A stretch of DNA of 64,000 nt from Felis catus (lineage: Eukaryota), in contig NC_058368.1 of NCBI RefSeq assembly GCF_018350175.1, positions 97,652,001 to 97,716,000 of the forward strand, written 5' to 3'. The translations under genes were made by a program, and so were the position numbers. Shown one piece after another: positions 49,263-61,640 of this stretch; the first letter of the stretch is position 1; the number at the start of each line of letters is the position of its first letter. The notes under the pieces were generated by a model. The model searched no databases and was not told the DNA's origin. It worked only from the letters and a program-made list of their open reading frames with translations.

Positions 49263-50925
49263 TGGAAAGACTTTTCTGTTAAAAGTCTGTTTTCTGTGTA
49301 GAGCTCCAAACTGGTATGGAAAATTCAAGTTCAGCTTTCTCCCAGGACATCTTTAAATCTGGCAAATTCACCACCTCTCTGTGACCCAGTTAATAAATTC
49401 TACAGAAATAAGGATGGGGGTGGGGATTTGGGGGTACAGTTGTAGCTTCCTGGAGCTTGTGACAAAATCACAAGTGTTATGAAAACAAGTCATTATTATT
49501 CTTAACCTTTCCACCATTTCCCCCAACAAGCCCTCCTTAGACATTCATTGGCTATCCATAATTTATATTTAAATGCTTTCTAAAATCTGTAGGACTCACA
49601 CATGTCCTTCATTGTCAGACACTCAGGTACACCAATGGGCAGAGTTTCTAATTCCTAAAGAGTCAATAAGAGTTCTGTAGATTGGCTCTGGAATATAGTC
49701 ATATTTATTTCTATGAGGAAGGAGTTGTCCACACAAAGGCTAGAGAGCATGGAAAGTGAATATAAATTTGTGAAGATGACCAAGGAGGTCTGTGGAAACT
49801 GGGAAGGGTGGTCTCCTTCTCAAGGAGGCAGCCATAATTTACTTCAAGATCATTGTTGCCATGTGGGAATGTGGGCCATTTTAGTCAGATCTTATGATTG
49901 TTCAAAGATCAGAAACAGAGGAGCAGAGGAGAAAGGATTTGAAAGAAAGGTAGAAAGTACTTCATAGAGAGCTGAGTGCCAAGCTAGAAGTACCTTGCAA
50001 TAAGCAGTAATGCTTCTAGAAACTTCTGAAGTTTTGTCAGGGTTTTATCCTAGAATTTCAAAGCTTCTATATATCTTGATACTTGGAATGAGATGGCTCA
50101 CCTTCAGGCCCAGTAAATCCCATAACTGTTGGTTTACCATCAGTGGGATTTAGCCTCTAGGACACTGACATGGCTATAAAATGATTCACTAGCTTAACAG
50201 TTTAATACAGTTATAGGGGAAAAGTTTTGACAGGAATGTTGGGAAGCTATGCCAAGAGTCATATTTGAGAGATGCCCAAGCTGAGGCCAAGAGGTTACTC
50301 CTCCTAAAATACTCAAACAGATGGGTTTGGGACAGTTGCATAGAAGATTCCAGAACATTTGCTGTAGGGATTGAGTTAGCTAAATATGGTCACTTTTCCA
50401 AACAAAAGTGGCTGGTTATTCTGTATGTTTTGGCAAAGGACAGAGAAGAAAAGCAGGAGACAGAAAAAGAAAATGCATGTCTTTTATGTAGATAGATTCC
50501 TCTCCTTGAAAACAAAAAATATTTTACATCTCCCTGGCAGGGCTGTTTTCGTCCATGGAGTACAAGTCAATTCATTTGTTAAGTGTTAGTATATGAAATT
50601 GAATTGATTTCCTGACACATCTTCATGAATTGCTGTAAAAAATATTGATGAGCCCCATGGAGCTTTGTCCATGCCAGTTCAAGGGCACATTTGAAGAATG
50701 CACAAGATGAATAGACATGCTGCCTTAGTTGACAAGGATCATAATCAAGGATGAGAAGATAGGAATTTAACTCTACCACAAGGCGGAAAGGCACATTAAA
50801 AGAAGAAGAGATTTATTCTCTGCATTGGATTTGGAGACATTATTCTGCCACTGGATTTGGAAAAGCTTCTTGGTAGAGGTGGTGTTTAAACTGACCTTTT
50901 ATTGATTGATTGATTGATTGATTGA

Positions 50926-51147
50926 TGTATTTATTTATTTAAGTGTTTATTTCTGAGAAAGAGAGAGAGAGAGACAGAGCATGACTGGGGGAGGAGCAGA
51001 GAGAGAGGGAGACATAGACTCCAAAGCAGGCTCCAGGCTCTGAGCTGTCAGCACAGAGCCCAACGCGGGGCTGGAACTCACAAACCATGAGATCATGACC
51101 TGAGCTCGAAGTTGGATGCTTAATGGACTGAGCCACCCAGGCGCCCC
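50926..51147 (-). mobile_element. Can-SINE with (TTGA)n tail
   Basis: TSD taaactgaccttttt. Confidence 0.92.
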
Positions 51148-52250
51148 TAAACTGACCTTTTAAAGGATGAGCAGAACTTTTTCAGGCAGGGTTGGAGGGA
51201 GAGGATGAGGGAGGGTAGATGTATAGCTTTTCTTTGTTCTCTGTTGTGTAAGACCTGTGCTCCTTCTGTCTTTTCTGTTTCAAGAAGTTGCTTTGTCCTG
51301 GGAAGCAGACACGCTCTAAGAAGTAGGATTCTACAGCTGGCTGAGCAGCATCATGGCGTTTGATAGAAAATTCATAAGCAATGAAAAGTACCTGAAATTC
51401 ACTTTTCTTACAGAAGGTTGTGTGCTGTAGTCTGAAGCAGGGTACCTCCATTTTGCCACATCCTCGGATAAGTCATTTGACTTCTGAATCGCGCTCTCTC
51501 ATCTGGTCGCGTCAGGGTCCAGTAATAAGGACGAAACCAGAACACTTTCATAAACATAAAAATCGTTACTGTGAAAATATCTTGCAAACTGTTGAGCGCT
51601 ACACAAACGTCAGCTATCATTTTGTTATCTGATGGTCCTTATTATTCAACCAGGAATAACCTGATGAGACCAGAAAGGGTATGTTGGCTGCTGATGCCAG
51701 TTTTAGGGGCTGGCTCAGTAATACAACTGCACTCCTGTGTGCTAGAGTTTAAAATCTGTTACTGGTTTTCTGAGCTCTGTGTGTGTCTACATATTCATCA
51801 GGGGTCAGGGCCTCTTGTGGGGTAGAGCTTGAGGGGTGGAAAAGTGTAGAAAGTCATGGAGCTGATTCAGAGGATTTTCCTCTATATTCCGGCAGCAGAT
51901 TGGATTATATCAATAGTGGAAAGGTTTTGTGTCCTCAAGAAAATGTGTAAATAAACCCAGCTTAATTGAAAAGTCTTCAAGAGAAACATAACATATCTTA
52001 ATCCAACATAATTAATAAGGAAGCATTCGTTTAATTGAAAAGAACAGTTCACTAAAGTCAGTTTTGTATAAATGCTTGTAGGACATTTTTATTTCATTTC
52101 AAACTGGTATGAGTAATAGAGTTAGGCCCTGTCCAAGTTTTGGTTTAAGTATCATGTAAGAGACACTAACTTTTCTGTTCTCTTGGATACATTATCAAAA
52201 TTCTTTGAGGCTTTAATGTAATAAGCGCTATTCTTAAAACATTTTTTCTA

Positions 52251-52415
52251 GGGGCGCCTGGGTGGCTCAGTCAATTAAGCATCTGATTCTTGATTCCGGC
52301 TCTGGTCATGATCTCACAGTTTGTGAGTTCGAGCCCCATGTTGGGCTCCATGCTGACAATGCAGAGCCTGCTTGGGATTCTCTCCACCCCCCCCCAAAGT
52401 AAATAAACTTAAAAA
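52251..52415 (+). mobile_element. Can-SINE
   Basis: Head, short body, tail. Confidence 0.88.
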
Positions 52416-52559
52416 TTCTTTTTTCTCTGGATTGGGTGTACAAGTTCACATCTGTTTTTTGGCAAAACTTTTTTGAGAGGGAGTTAAATCCACTCATGAT
52501 CTACTTGGAGTATGCCTTTGTGACCAAAGTCCGCCGGTTTCAACATTTTGAAGTATAAC

Positions 52560-52965
52560 ATTCTGGGAGGACATGTTAGTGCTCATACACGCAAACCACA
52601 TAGGCTGCCTCATAAAATGCAACTTCTTAGACAGTAGTCCCCGGAATTCTGAGTCAGTAGCTAGGGCAGTCTGTACTTCTTTTTTTTTTTTTTTTCTTCA
52701 AATTTTTTTTAGCGTTTATTTTTGAGAGAGAGACCACATATGAGCTGGTGAGAGAGAGGGAAAGAGAGGGAGACACAGAACCTGAAGCAGGCTCCAGGCT
52801 CCGAGCTGTCAGCACAGAGCCTGATGCAGGGCGTGGACTCACAAACCATGAGATCGTGACCTGAGTCGAAGTCAGACACTTAACCGACTGAGCCACCCAG
52901 GCGCCCCATGGTAGCTGGTACTTCTAAGAGGCCTCCAGATTCTTCTGATGCAAGCGGCCTGTGTC
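52560..52965. mobile_element. MER5-like hAT MITE interrupted by a SINE
   Basis: ccccggaattctgagtcagtag...ctccagattcttctgatgca. Confidence 0.45.
52680..52907 (-). mobile_element. Can-SINE
   Basis: Tail, AG tract, head. Confidence 0.9.
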
Positions 52966-53559
52966 ACAGTGCTGCCTCAGATACCTACGGTACGCGTCTT
53001 CTCCCTGCCAGGGCCCTCTTGAAAACAGAACAATTTGGAGTGGTGAGTTTTTCTGGCTTTGACAACACGCGTGTTATACATAGCTTGTGTTTTAAGTTTT
53101 TCTAAAATGTCTAGGGCCTACACCTATCTTTGGGCTTCTGACATGTAGGTGTGCTGCTGGGCAGACTTGTTCATCCCCTTCCCAGAAGGGTGGGAGTTCT
53201 ATAGATCAGCTCTGGAATATGGTCATGTTTATTTCTGTAAGCCAGAATCTTATTTTCCTTCAAGGTCAGTATTTTGGGTCAGCCTTCTTTTGTGATGCCT
53301 TTCACAAACCTGGCGTCCCTGCATCATGCCACCCAGCAAAATTAATGTCCCCTCTGCTCCTGTTGCATGCCTACACGCTCCGATTGGAGAACTGATCATG
53401 GTGCATTGTGGCCCCCCACCCCCACTCCATGTGTGTGCCTGGGGAGAAGGGAGCGTGTTATTTATCACTGAAACCACAGTATCTGATATATTATAAACAC
53501 TCACCAGAAGTTTTGTGGGATGATTCAGGTCTTTGGGTTGATCTTCTCACTTTATACGG

Positions 53560-53720
53560 CTCATTCTCATTATATCCTCATAAAAACCTTAGGGGTCCTC
53601 ATTTGCAAATGAGGAAACGGAGGCATAGAGAGGTGAAGTAATTTGCCCCAGGGACATGGCACTCAGTGGCAGAGCCAGACTTCTGACCCAGACAGTATGA
53701 CTCTGGAGTCCGTGCTCACA
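53560..53720 (-). mobile_element. MIR
   Basis: tgcaaatgaggaaacggaggcatagagaggtgaagtaatttgccccagg...gtggcagagcca. Confidence 0.8.
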
Positions 53721-54036
53721 TTGTCTGGTTTTGCCTGACTGCCTGTCTTGCCCTCTGCTATTTGCACAAGACCACTGTGAATCCATTCCAGAGGGATAAC
53801 CAGACTCCAAGTCAATTTCGTAGCCAGTAATTTTCAGTGACCTTATCCTACAAATTTGTTAGTGGGTCCTTGGTATAATTAATTTGGAAAATTTGAGTAG
53901 ATAAAGTGTTCCTTGACTGCACGCATCCTCCAGACTTTAATATTATTACCGCTCTTTGCGCATCCCAAAGGATATCTTAGTATATATACAATGTTTCCCA
54001 AACTTAACCAGAAAGAATTTTGTTCTGTGTAACACA

Positions 54037-54092
54037 TTTTTAAATGTTTGTTTGTTTTTCAGAGAGAGAGAGCAAGCAATCGTGGAAGGGGC

Positions 54093-54131
<39 letters not shown>

Positions 54132-54264
54132 CAGAATCTGAAGCAGGCTCCAGGCTCTGAGCTGTCAGTACAGAGCCCGACACAGGGCTGGAACCCACAG
54201 ACCTCGATAGATCATGACCTGAGCCTAAGTGGGAGGATTAATAGACTGAGCCGCCAGGCGCCCC
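54037..54264 (-). mobile_element. Can-SINE
   Basis: Tail, (AG)n, head. Confidence 0.88.
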
Positions 54265-54324
54265 AGCCCTTTCTTATTTAGTCTGGAGTGTCTTTGGTGC
54301 TTAAGTGCTTGGATAGTCTTCAGT

Positions 54325-54433
54325 GACCACTTACACTTCCCTGGGATAGTCCCAGATCTCTTGTCGTGGTGTAATTACCGATAGTGCTCTTTTCACAGGT
54401 ATTTCATGTGGATGATAAACTGTGATTGCCCTA
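54325..54433. mobile_element. MER94-like hAT-Blackjack MITE
   Basis: ctgggatagtcccag...ggatgataaactgtgattgcccta. Confidence 0.5.
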
Positions 54434-54649
54434 CTCATGACATTTGTTCCCATTAAATAAAGTCCTATGTTTCACACTCACTACTTTCTCATCCCTCACT
54501 GCAGGATTCTTAGTGCTATTGCCTGTTTAGGAAGAAGCAAAGGTAACAGCCATGTGCCTCTAGCATCTCACCATTGTGTATCAGAGTCTTACACGGAACT
54601 GTGGACACTTACACAGTTTGTCTGCCCTCACTCAAAAGTTGTATTCCTT

Positions 54650-54893
54650 GGGGTGCCTGGGTGGTTCAGTCTGTTAAGTGTCCAACTTGGGCTCAGGTCT
54701 TGATCTCACGGTTCATGAGTTCAAGCCCTGCGTGGGGTTCTGTGCTGACAGCTCAGAGCCTGGGGCTTGCTTCGGATTCTGTGTCTCCTCCCCCACCCCC
54801 CCGCCCCTCTCTCTCTCTCTCTCACCAGCTCATGCTCTGTCTCTGTCTCTCTCTCTCTCTGTCTCTCAAAAATAAATAAAAACATTAAAAAAA
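54650..54893 (+). mobile_element. Can-SINE
   Basis: Head, CT tract, tail. Confidence 0.9.
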
Positions 54894-55312
54894 TTTTTAA
54901 GTTGCGTTTCATAAGCATTGCATGTCTGTAAGATTTCTTCACATTACACAGTATCTATTCATGTATCTGCTTATCTATGCAGGGAAAAAACCCAACTCTG
55001 AAAGGATACCAGAAATCTAAGAACACTTGTTCCCTTTGGGAATCAGGAGTTGGGGGTCCGGACTGTGCTGTGGGTGGCGAAACAGAGAGAGACTTTTCAC
55101 TTAATATATTTAAATTCTGGCTTTTGAACAATGTAAGCATTTCTTTGTTTTATACAATTATATTTTAGAATGTGTAAAAACTGCTCAGGATTTTCCCTGA
55201 AAATACAAGCTATTTCAAGCCCAACTGGGTTGATCTCCTTTATACGGAATTTTATTTCCTTCCCCCAAGGAGAACTGGTCTTGTGCTTTTGTTTTCTTTC
55301 CTTTCCTGTCCA

Positions 55313-55391
55313 CTCCTTTCCTTTCCTTTCCTTTCCTTTCCTTTCCTTTCCTTTCCTTTCCTTTCCTTTCCTTTCCTTTCCTTTCCTTTCC
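55313..55391. repeat. (TTTCC)n pentanucleotide microsatellite
   Basis: Read directly. Confidence 0.95.
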
Positions 55392-55452
55392 CTTTACTTA
55401 GCTAAATATATTAGGTCTTCCTATATCTTCAAGAAGTCTCTTTAAAAAAAAT

Positions 55453-55661
55453 GTTTTTTTAATGTTTATGTATTTTTGAGAGACAGAGAGACAGAGCACA
55501 AGTGGGGGAGGGGCAGAGAGAGGGAGACACAGAATCCGAAGCAGGCTCCAGGCTCTGAGCTGTCAGCACAGAGTCTGATGTGGGACTTGAACTCACGAAC
55601 AGCGAGATCATGACCTCAGCCGAAGTCGGATGCTCAGCCAACTGAGCCACCCAGGTGCCCC
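55453..55661 (-). mobile_element. Can-SINE
   Basis: TSD caagaagtctcttt. Confidence 0.92.
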
Positions 55662-55689
55662 AAGAAGTCTCTTTTTCAAAGCTCTTGTA

Positions 55690-55860
55690 GGGATGCCCTG
55701 GGTGACTCAGGTCATGATCTCACACTTCACGAGTTCAAGCCCCACATCAGGCTCTCTGCTGTCAGTGTGAAGCGGCTTCAGATCCTCTGTCTCCCTCTCT
55801 CTGTTCCTCTTCTGCTTGCACGTGTTCTGTCTCTCAAAACTAAATAAACATTAAGAAAAA
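55690..55860 (+). mobile_element. Can-SINE (head deletion between ctcag repeats)
   Basis: gtgactcag|gtcatgatc junction. Confidence 0.85.
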
Positions 55861-55869
55861 CAAAATCTC

Positions 55870-56080
55870 ATGTAGTGTAATGTAGTACTTGAGAGAATAA
55901 CCTAGAGTCGGGCATACCTGGGTTCAAGCTCATCTCTTCCACTTACTAACCGTATGGCCTTGAGAAAGTAACTTAATTTCTCTGGACCTCAGTTACTTTA
56001 TCTGTAAAATGGGGGCAATAACAACCTCTCTCTGCGAATCGTTCTGAAGCTTCAATGGGACAATGCAGATTTGGGGCAGT
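55870..56080 (+). mobile_element. MIR
   Basis: cctgggttcaag...cttccacttactaacc...ctcagttactttatctgtaaaatggggg. Confidence 0.8.
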
Positions 56081-57812
56081 TCTGGGGATCGTGGAGTGAA
56101 TGCTCCAAATATGCTGGCTAGCCAGTGGGTTCTCATGATCGTAAACCTCTCACTCTGACTTTGGGTAGCCACAAGATTCATTCTATTCTTGTATCTTCTG
56201 TACTAATATTTACAATACTGACATTCTTTGGGATCTACTTCATATAAATATCACCAGACTTTCTTCCAATCCTGGTACTGGTGATCCTTGGCCAGTTGAT
56301 GCCCTGCAGAAAGCAGTCAAGGCATCACATGACTCCTGCAGCAAATTCATCTCTGCAGAGGGGCAGAGATGAAGTCTAATATGAAGTTAAAGGGGTTGAG
56401 ACTCAGGAAATTACATTTTCAATTTTAAAATCATCATAAAACTAAGCCGTAGGAATAAAAGACACAGAGTGGATCCGAAAGTCATGATGAAGAGGTTCCA
56501 GAATTAAAGCAAGAAAAATAGCCCAAGATCACACAGGGAAAGGCTTCAGAGTGTTTTCTTCAGGACGTAATTTCTTTTGCCTACAAATTTGGAAAATAGG
56601 GAACATAGGGAGATACGAGTAGAAAGAACACAGTGTGCGTAAACATTGGGTTCGAATCCCTGCTCCTCCATTTCAAGTGATATGAAGTATAAGGGGACAA
56701 GTCTCTATATTCATTTGTGATCATGAGCCTGGCATGCTGGTGGGTGTTTTCAAATTCGTAACTCATTAAATCTCACTCAAGCCATGCTACCTTGAAATGA
56801 TGTCCCACTTAGCAGATGAGAAAACTGAGGTTCGAGGAATTAAATGACACTCAAGTTTACAGCCCAAGACTCTTGACCTTGAGCCTTCTGTCTTCTTTGG
56901 TGCTGCCCTGCCTTTGGGTGTCAGGTTGTCTGGGAGGCTTCACGAGCTCCCAGTGAGATACTGTGACTCTCTGGGGTAATCTTTTTGGCTGTTACGGGTT
57001 TTCACTTTGGCTTTATATTTGGTCCATTTCCTCTGCATCTGTTCCCTGTTGCACAACTTTGCGAGGGTGTTGACGCCGTTTCTCGTCTTGTTTCTTTGTG
57101 GTAGCCTTCACTTCTGTTCTCCACTGACCAGTTTTTTTTCTGGACAGAATACCCTGGCACTATCTATCAAAGTCCTTACTAACAAGAGATTTAACACCTT
57201 AAAAAAAAGAGAAATTCCCTGATAAAGTTTTAATATTTGTTAGATTTTTTTTTAAATGTCATCATAGCAAAGAAAATGTGAGTCGTTATTAACTGAGGTC
57301 TCTGAAGTCTCTGTTTTCACACAATCATCTGGTATTTTGCATTTCTCAGCTACATATTTCTTCCAGAAGGAGTTGATTAATTTTGACCAAATGTGATTCA
57401 GTATTTGAAAGCAACAGAATGCACTCGGAGTTTATTTAGATTGTTGAACCTATGGGGAAGGCTGTTCTGTGCCAGGCATTGTGGAAGATACTGCCATGGG
57501 GTCTATGTCCATTAATTTTGGAACAATCCCGAGAAGCGGGCGTCATGATTCTTATCTTGTGGGTGGGGAAACTGAGTCTCAGCTGTATCCCTGAGCAGTA
57601 GGGCAGTTCTGGAACCATTATTATAGAATATTTGAACTTTTATAAGTACACTCTTCTTTTCAAGGCCCCTGACAGAATAACTTGCCACAGGAAATGTATA
57701 GTAATTCTCTCTAGTATGCTAGAAGTTTACGCTGCCATTTTTCTATTTTAAGTGGTTTTGATGCAAAAATTCTAATATGTATTGAAGGTTTTCTTTAAGA
57801 TGGTAAAATCCT

Positions 57813-58046
57813 GGGGCACCTGGGTGGCTCAGTCGTTAAGTGTCTGACTTTGGCTCAGGTCATGATCTCACAATTTGTGAGTTCGAGTCCCGCATCAGGC
57901 TCTGTGCTGACAGCTCAGAGCCTGGAGCCTGCTTTGGATTCTGTGTCTCCCTCTCTCTCTCTGCCCCTCACCTGCTTGCTCACTCACTCTTGCTCTCTCT
58001 CTCTCTTTCTCAAAAATAAAATAAAACAACAACAACAAAAAAAGAA
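57813..58046 (+). mobile_element. Can-SINE
   Basis: Head, CT tract, tail. Confidence 0.9.
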
Positions 58047-58440
58047 GGTAAACTCCTGACTCTCCAACAAATACAAAATGGGCACGCCAAAGATTTTCCA
58101 GAGCTCGCTAATGAATGAGGAACCAGTAAGCCCTTATGATTGGCTCAGGAGAATCCCCAGGACAACACAGGCAAACAAGAAAATGAATTATCAGTTGTGC
58201 CTCCTCTTGACAAAATGTATTTGTATGTCTACGGACAAGAGTCATTTACAGTACTACCCGTCTTCTACAACTTACGGAGTTGTAAAGTATCTGAGTGCAG
58301 AACGAAAAAAGGAATCTGGGACAGGGTGCTTTATGGTTGCTGGCTCTCCACTGAAAAGCCACCCAGTGTTGTTTTTGCTTTTTGTTTTTTCCCCTTTTTG
58401 GCTCATTTTCCCTTGCATTTGTCTTCTTTATCATGTTACC

Positions 58441-58620
58441 TTTTAATTTTTTTTTTAATGTTTATTTATTTGAGTGGCAGAGAGAGACAGGGACAGAGAA
58501 TCCCAAGTGGGCTATGTGCTGACAGCAGAGAGCCCCCATGCGGGACTGGAACCCACACACCGTGAGATCATGACCTGAGTTGAAGTCGGACACTTAACTG
58601 ACTGAGCCACCCAGGCACCC
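58441..58620 (-). mobile_element. Can-SINE
   Basis: Tail, head. Confidence 0.88.
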
Positions 58621-58972
58621 TCACTTTTAAAGTGACCATGTACTCTTTTGGAAGTGGTAGGAGACCCAGAGTAAATGAGTTAGCCTGTCTGCGTGATGGT
58701 GCATACTCTTGGTGTTTAGCCCCTTGGAGTCAGGAAGATGCATAGATACCAGAATTTGCGGTTAGATTCGGGTGAAGGACCCTAGATGTACTGATTCGTG
58801 TCAGGGCCTCTGTCTGTGTGACCGAAAGCTGACGGGCCGGTTAAGGTGCCTGGCGCTTGACCCTTTCTCTCTGGGCAATGTTGCCTCGAGTTTACAGTCA
58901 CGGTCCCTCCACAGGGGCAGCCCCTTCTGAGAGTGGGAATCTTGGTGGCCTCTGCTGCCTGGGACCCTCTCC

Positions 58973-58991
58973 TCCCCCCCCCCCCCCCCCC
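58973..58991. repeat. Poly-C run
   Basis: Read directly. Confidence 0.9.
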
Positions 58992-59925
58992 GCACCCCAC
59001 CATTTCCCCAACCCTGCCCTTTCTTTTCTTTCTTTCTGTTTCCCCCTTTGGGATTTTTTGAGTGCGGAGGCTGGTGTCACAGATACCTCACCAACCATTC
59101 CAGTCATTCCTTGATTGTTCCCCGGAGCGCTCCCAGATCCCAGCGGAGGGAGGTCAACTCTTAGCCTGTTGATTTCTTGTGACACTGTGTACCACGTATT
59201 GTGGCCACTTCCCTATCCCAGTGCTTTTTACTAAGTCCCATTTAGACTTGGAGTTATTCAGGTGCAAGAGAGCTAAGGTTTTATATATTTGTTTAAAGAA
59301 CTTTTATTAACAGCCCACAACAGCCAGACATGCTCTCTAAATTGTTTTCTTTTCCATCTTTCCTAAGACTGGGCCCACAGGATCGCATTTTAACTAGGCA
59401 GGAATTAGAAATGGCATACATGTACATCTGTAGTCACTGCTTACAAGTTCCAAGTATAACAAATTGGATAGGTGAAGAAATTATTTATTTGCTAGTGAGG
59501 TTGTAAAGTTAGCTGGGCGCTTTACTGTGTTAGCAATTTCTCAGTTGGAATAATGTTATGGGGAACTTTTGTTAATTTCAGAAAACTATGGGTTTTCATT
59601 AGTTAAATTTTATGAAAAGTTTTGTTTTTATTTTTGCCTTTCAAGCACTTTTTTCTCCTTCCCTAGAGGGGTCAGTATATTTTTACCATCAATGTTTATC
59701 TCCAAATTTTTAACTGTTGATGCTAAAACCAGGATTCCCTGAATATCAGTTTGCTTTACAGCAAACATTGCTGAAATGGGTGATGTTGTTAAACCAAGAA
59801 AGGAAATACAGCGATATAGAGGAAGGGCAGAAAGAGAAGTAGGTATAAAATAACATTTACACCCCTTACTATGCAACAGTCTTAATAGTGTCAGTCCTTT
59901 GTATGTTTTTGATATATGGCATTGC

Positions 59926-60116
59926 TTTTCTTTTTCTTTTTTTACATTTATTTATTTTGAGAGAGAGAGTGGAGGAGGGGTAGAGAGGGGGGTCCAGGAT
60001 CCAAACTGGGCTCTGTGCTGACAGCAGAGAGCCCGATACAGGGCTTGAACCCACACACTGAGATCTTGACCTGAGCCAAAGTTGGATGCTCAACTGACTA
60101 AGCCACCCAGTCCCCC
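59926..60116 (-). mobile_element. Can-SINE
   Basis: Tail, head. Confidence 0.88.
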
Positions 60117-60117
60117 A

Positions 60118-60344
60118 TTCTTTTTCTTTTTCTTTTTTTTTTTTAAGTTTGTTTATTCATTTTGAAAGAGAAACAGAGAGAGCAAGTGGGGAAGGGACAG
60201 AGAGAGAGGGAGAGAGAGAATCCCAAGCAGACTGCATGCTATCAGGGCAGAGCCCGATGCGGGGCTTGATCCCATGAAGCATGATATGACCTCAGCTGAA
60301 ACCAAGAGTCAGACACTTAACTGACTGAGCCACCCAGGTGCCCC
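60118..60344 (-). mobile_element. Can-SINE
   Basis: Tandem to the previous copy. Confidence 0.9.
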
Positions 60345-61129
60345 AAGGCATCATTTTTCATTAGACGAAGATGTACACGTATATTTTCAAACACAGGCGA
60401 ATTCATCTTGATAAAACATTGAAACCATATTTTCAGCGCCTTCTCCTGTGAGAACACCTCCTTTCACCTCTTAGCTGCTTCCCAGGACGTACCTTTGGTC
60501 CATCCCTCTGTTACCCATTTAAACATAGATCCCTTCAGAGGAAGAAGTGGCCCTGTGTCTAATCTTCCTCAGTAGCCAGATGTAGCAGATGCAAGTGAGA
60601 ACCATTGCCTTGGCTTTTATGCTAAATATTTGTTTGATTGTCCTGCGGTGTTTTCTCATTCTGCACAGCAGATCTGTTCTCTTTTAAAGAGTGATTGATG
60701 GCGGTAAGAGAAACCACACTCTTGAGTGCAAGAGAAGAAAACCACCTGGTGAGCTAGGTAAAATAAATACCTGTTTTGTTCTAGCTTCTAAAACAAACAA
60801 ACAACCCTTCACATATGTATTTAAAACTCTCGTTTTACAGGCCGCCCTGTTTTCATAGGGAAGTATCTCAGTGGAGTGAAGGGAGGGAGGGCAAATCGGC
60901 TTCTGTTTCTACGAGAAGCTCCATACACCAGGCACCCGTGTATATGCGTGTATCACCTTATCTCTCAAAGAGCTTGGGTTCTAGGGAGGAGAGAGGCAGA
61001 CAATCACAATGTAGGCAAATAAGGAGGATTTCAGAAACAAGGGAGTGTGATGGTCAGCAAAGACTTGAAGTCAGCATCTGTTCCTAATTCCCATTTTCAA
61101 AAGCTCTGACTGCTGCACGAGAAGAGGTT

Positions 61130-61640
61130 GGAAAGGGGTTTGGACGAGCCTGGTGTCCGTGGAGATGGAGGCAAGTGGGGGAAGGCAGAGTGGGAAGATC
61201 TTGGTAACGGACTGGGCGAGAGAGAGGATGGTATGGCGCACGACAGCCAGACCGCCGACTTGAGCAAAGGGATGCAAGTGATGCTTTTTGTGACGATAGA
61301 AAAGAATGAAGGAGGAACACTTCGGGGCCAGCCAGGGAATCAAGGATTCGGTTTTAGACGTGGTGCATTTGAAATGGCTGCAAAACAGCCCAGAGAAAGG
61401 AAAGCCCTGAATGCATTTGCAAAATGAGTCCGGGAACGAGGTCAGAGTGAGTTATAAGTGTGGGAGTTGCTGGCACCTGGGTGGTATCTGAAGCCACCAG
61501 AGTGGATGAGATCACACTGGGCTGAGGGTAGAGCAAAAGAAAAAACGTGGTCCAGGACTAGCTCTGAGATATCCCAGGCCTTGAAGGAGCTCGTAGAGGA
61601 TGTGAAACTGACAAATGAGCCTGAGCAGGAATGGCTAAAG
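61130..61640 (-). mobile_element. Old L2 fragment
   Basis: ggagatggaggcaagtggg...ttcggttttagacgtggtgcatttgaaatg...gagtggatgagatcac. Confidence 0.6.

Noticed and set aside
5490..57222. Scattered near-consensus NF-kB decamers (5493, 8701, 35714, 48908, 57211)
   Set aside because: Each has a mismatch, some lie in repeats, and such matches are expected by chance.
677..58059. Many ORFs with AQVMIS...SLEPASDSVSPSLS or RERERE motifs
   Set aside because: Translations of Can-SINE bodies and their CT/AG tracts.
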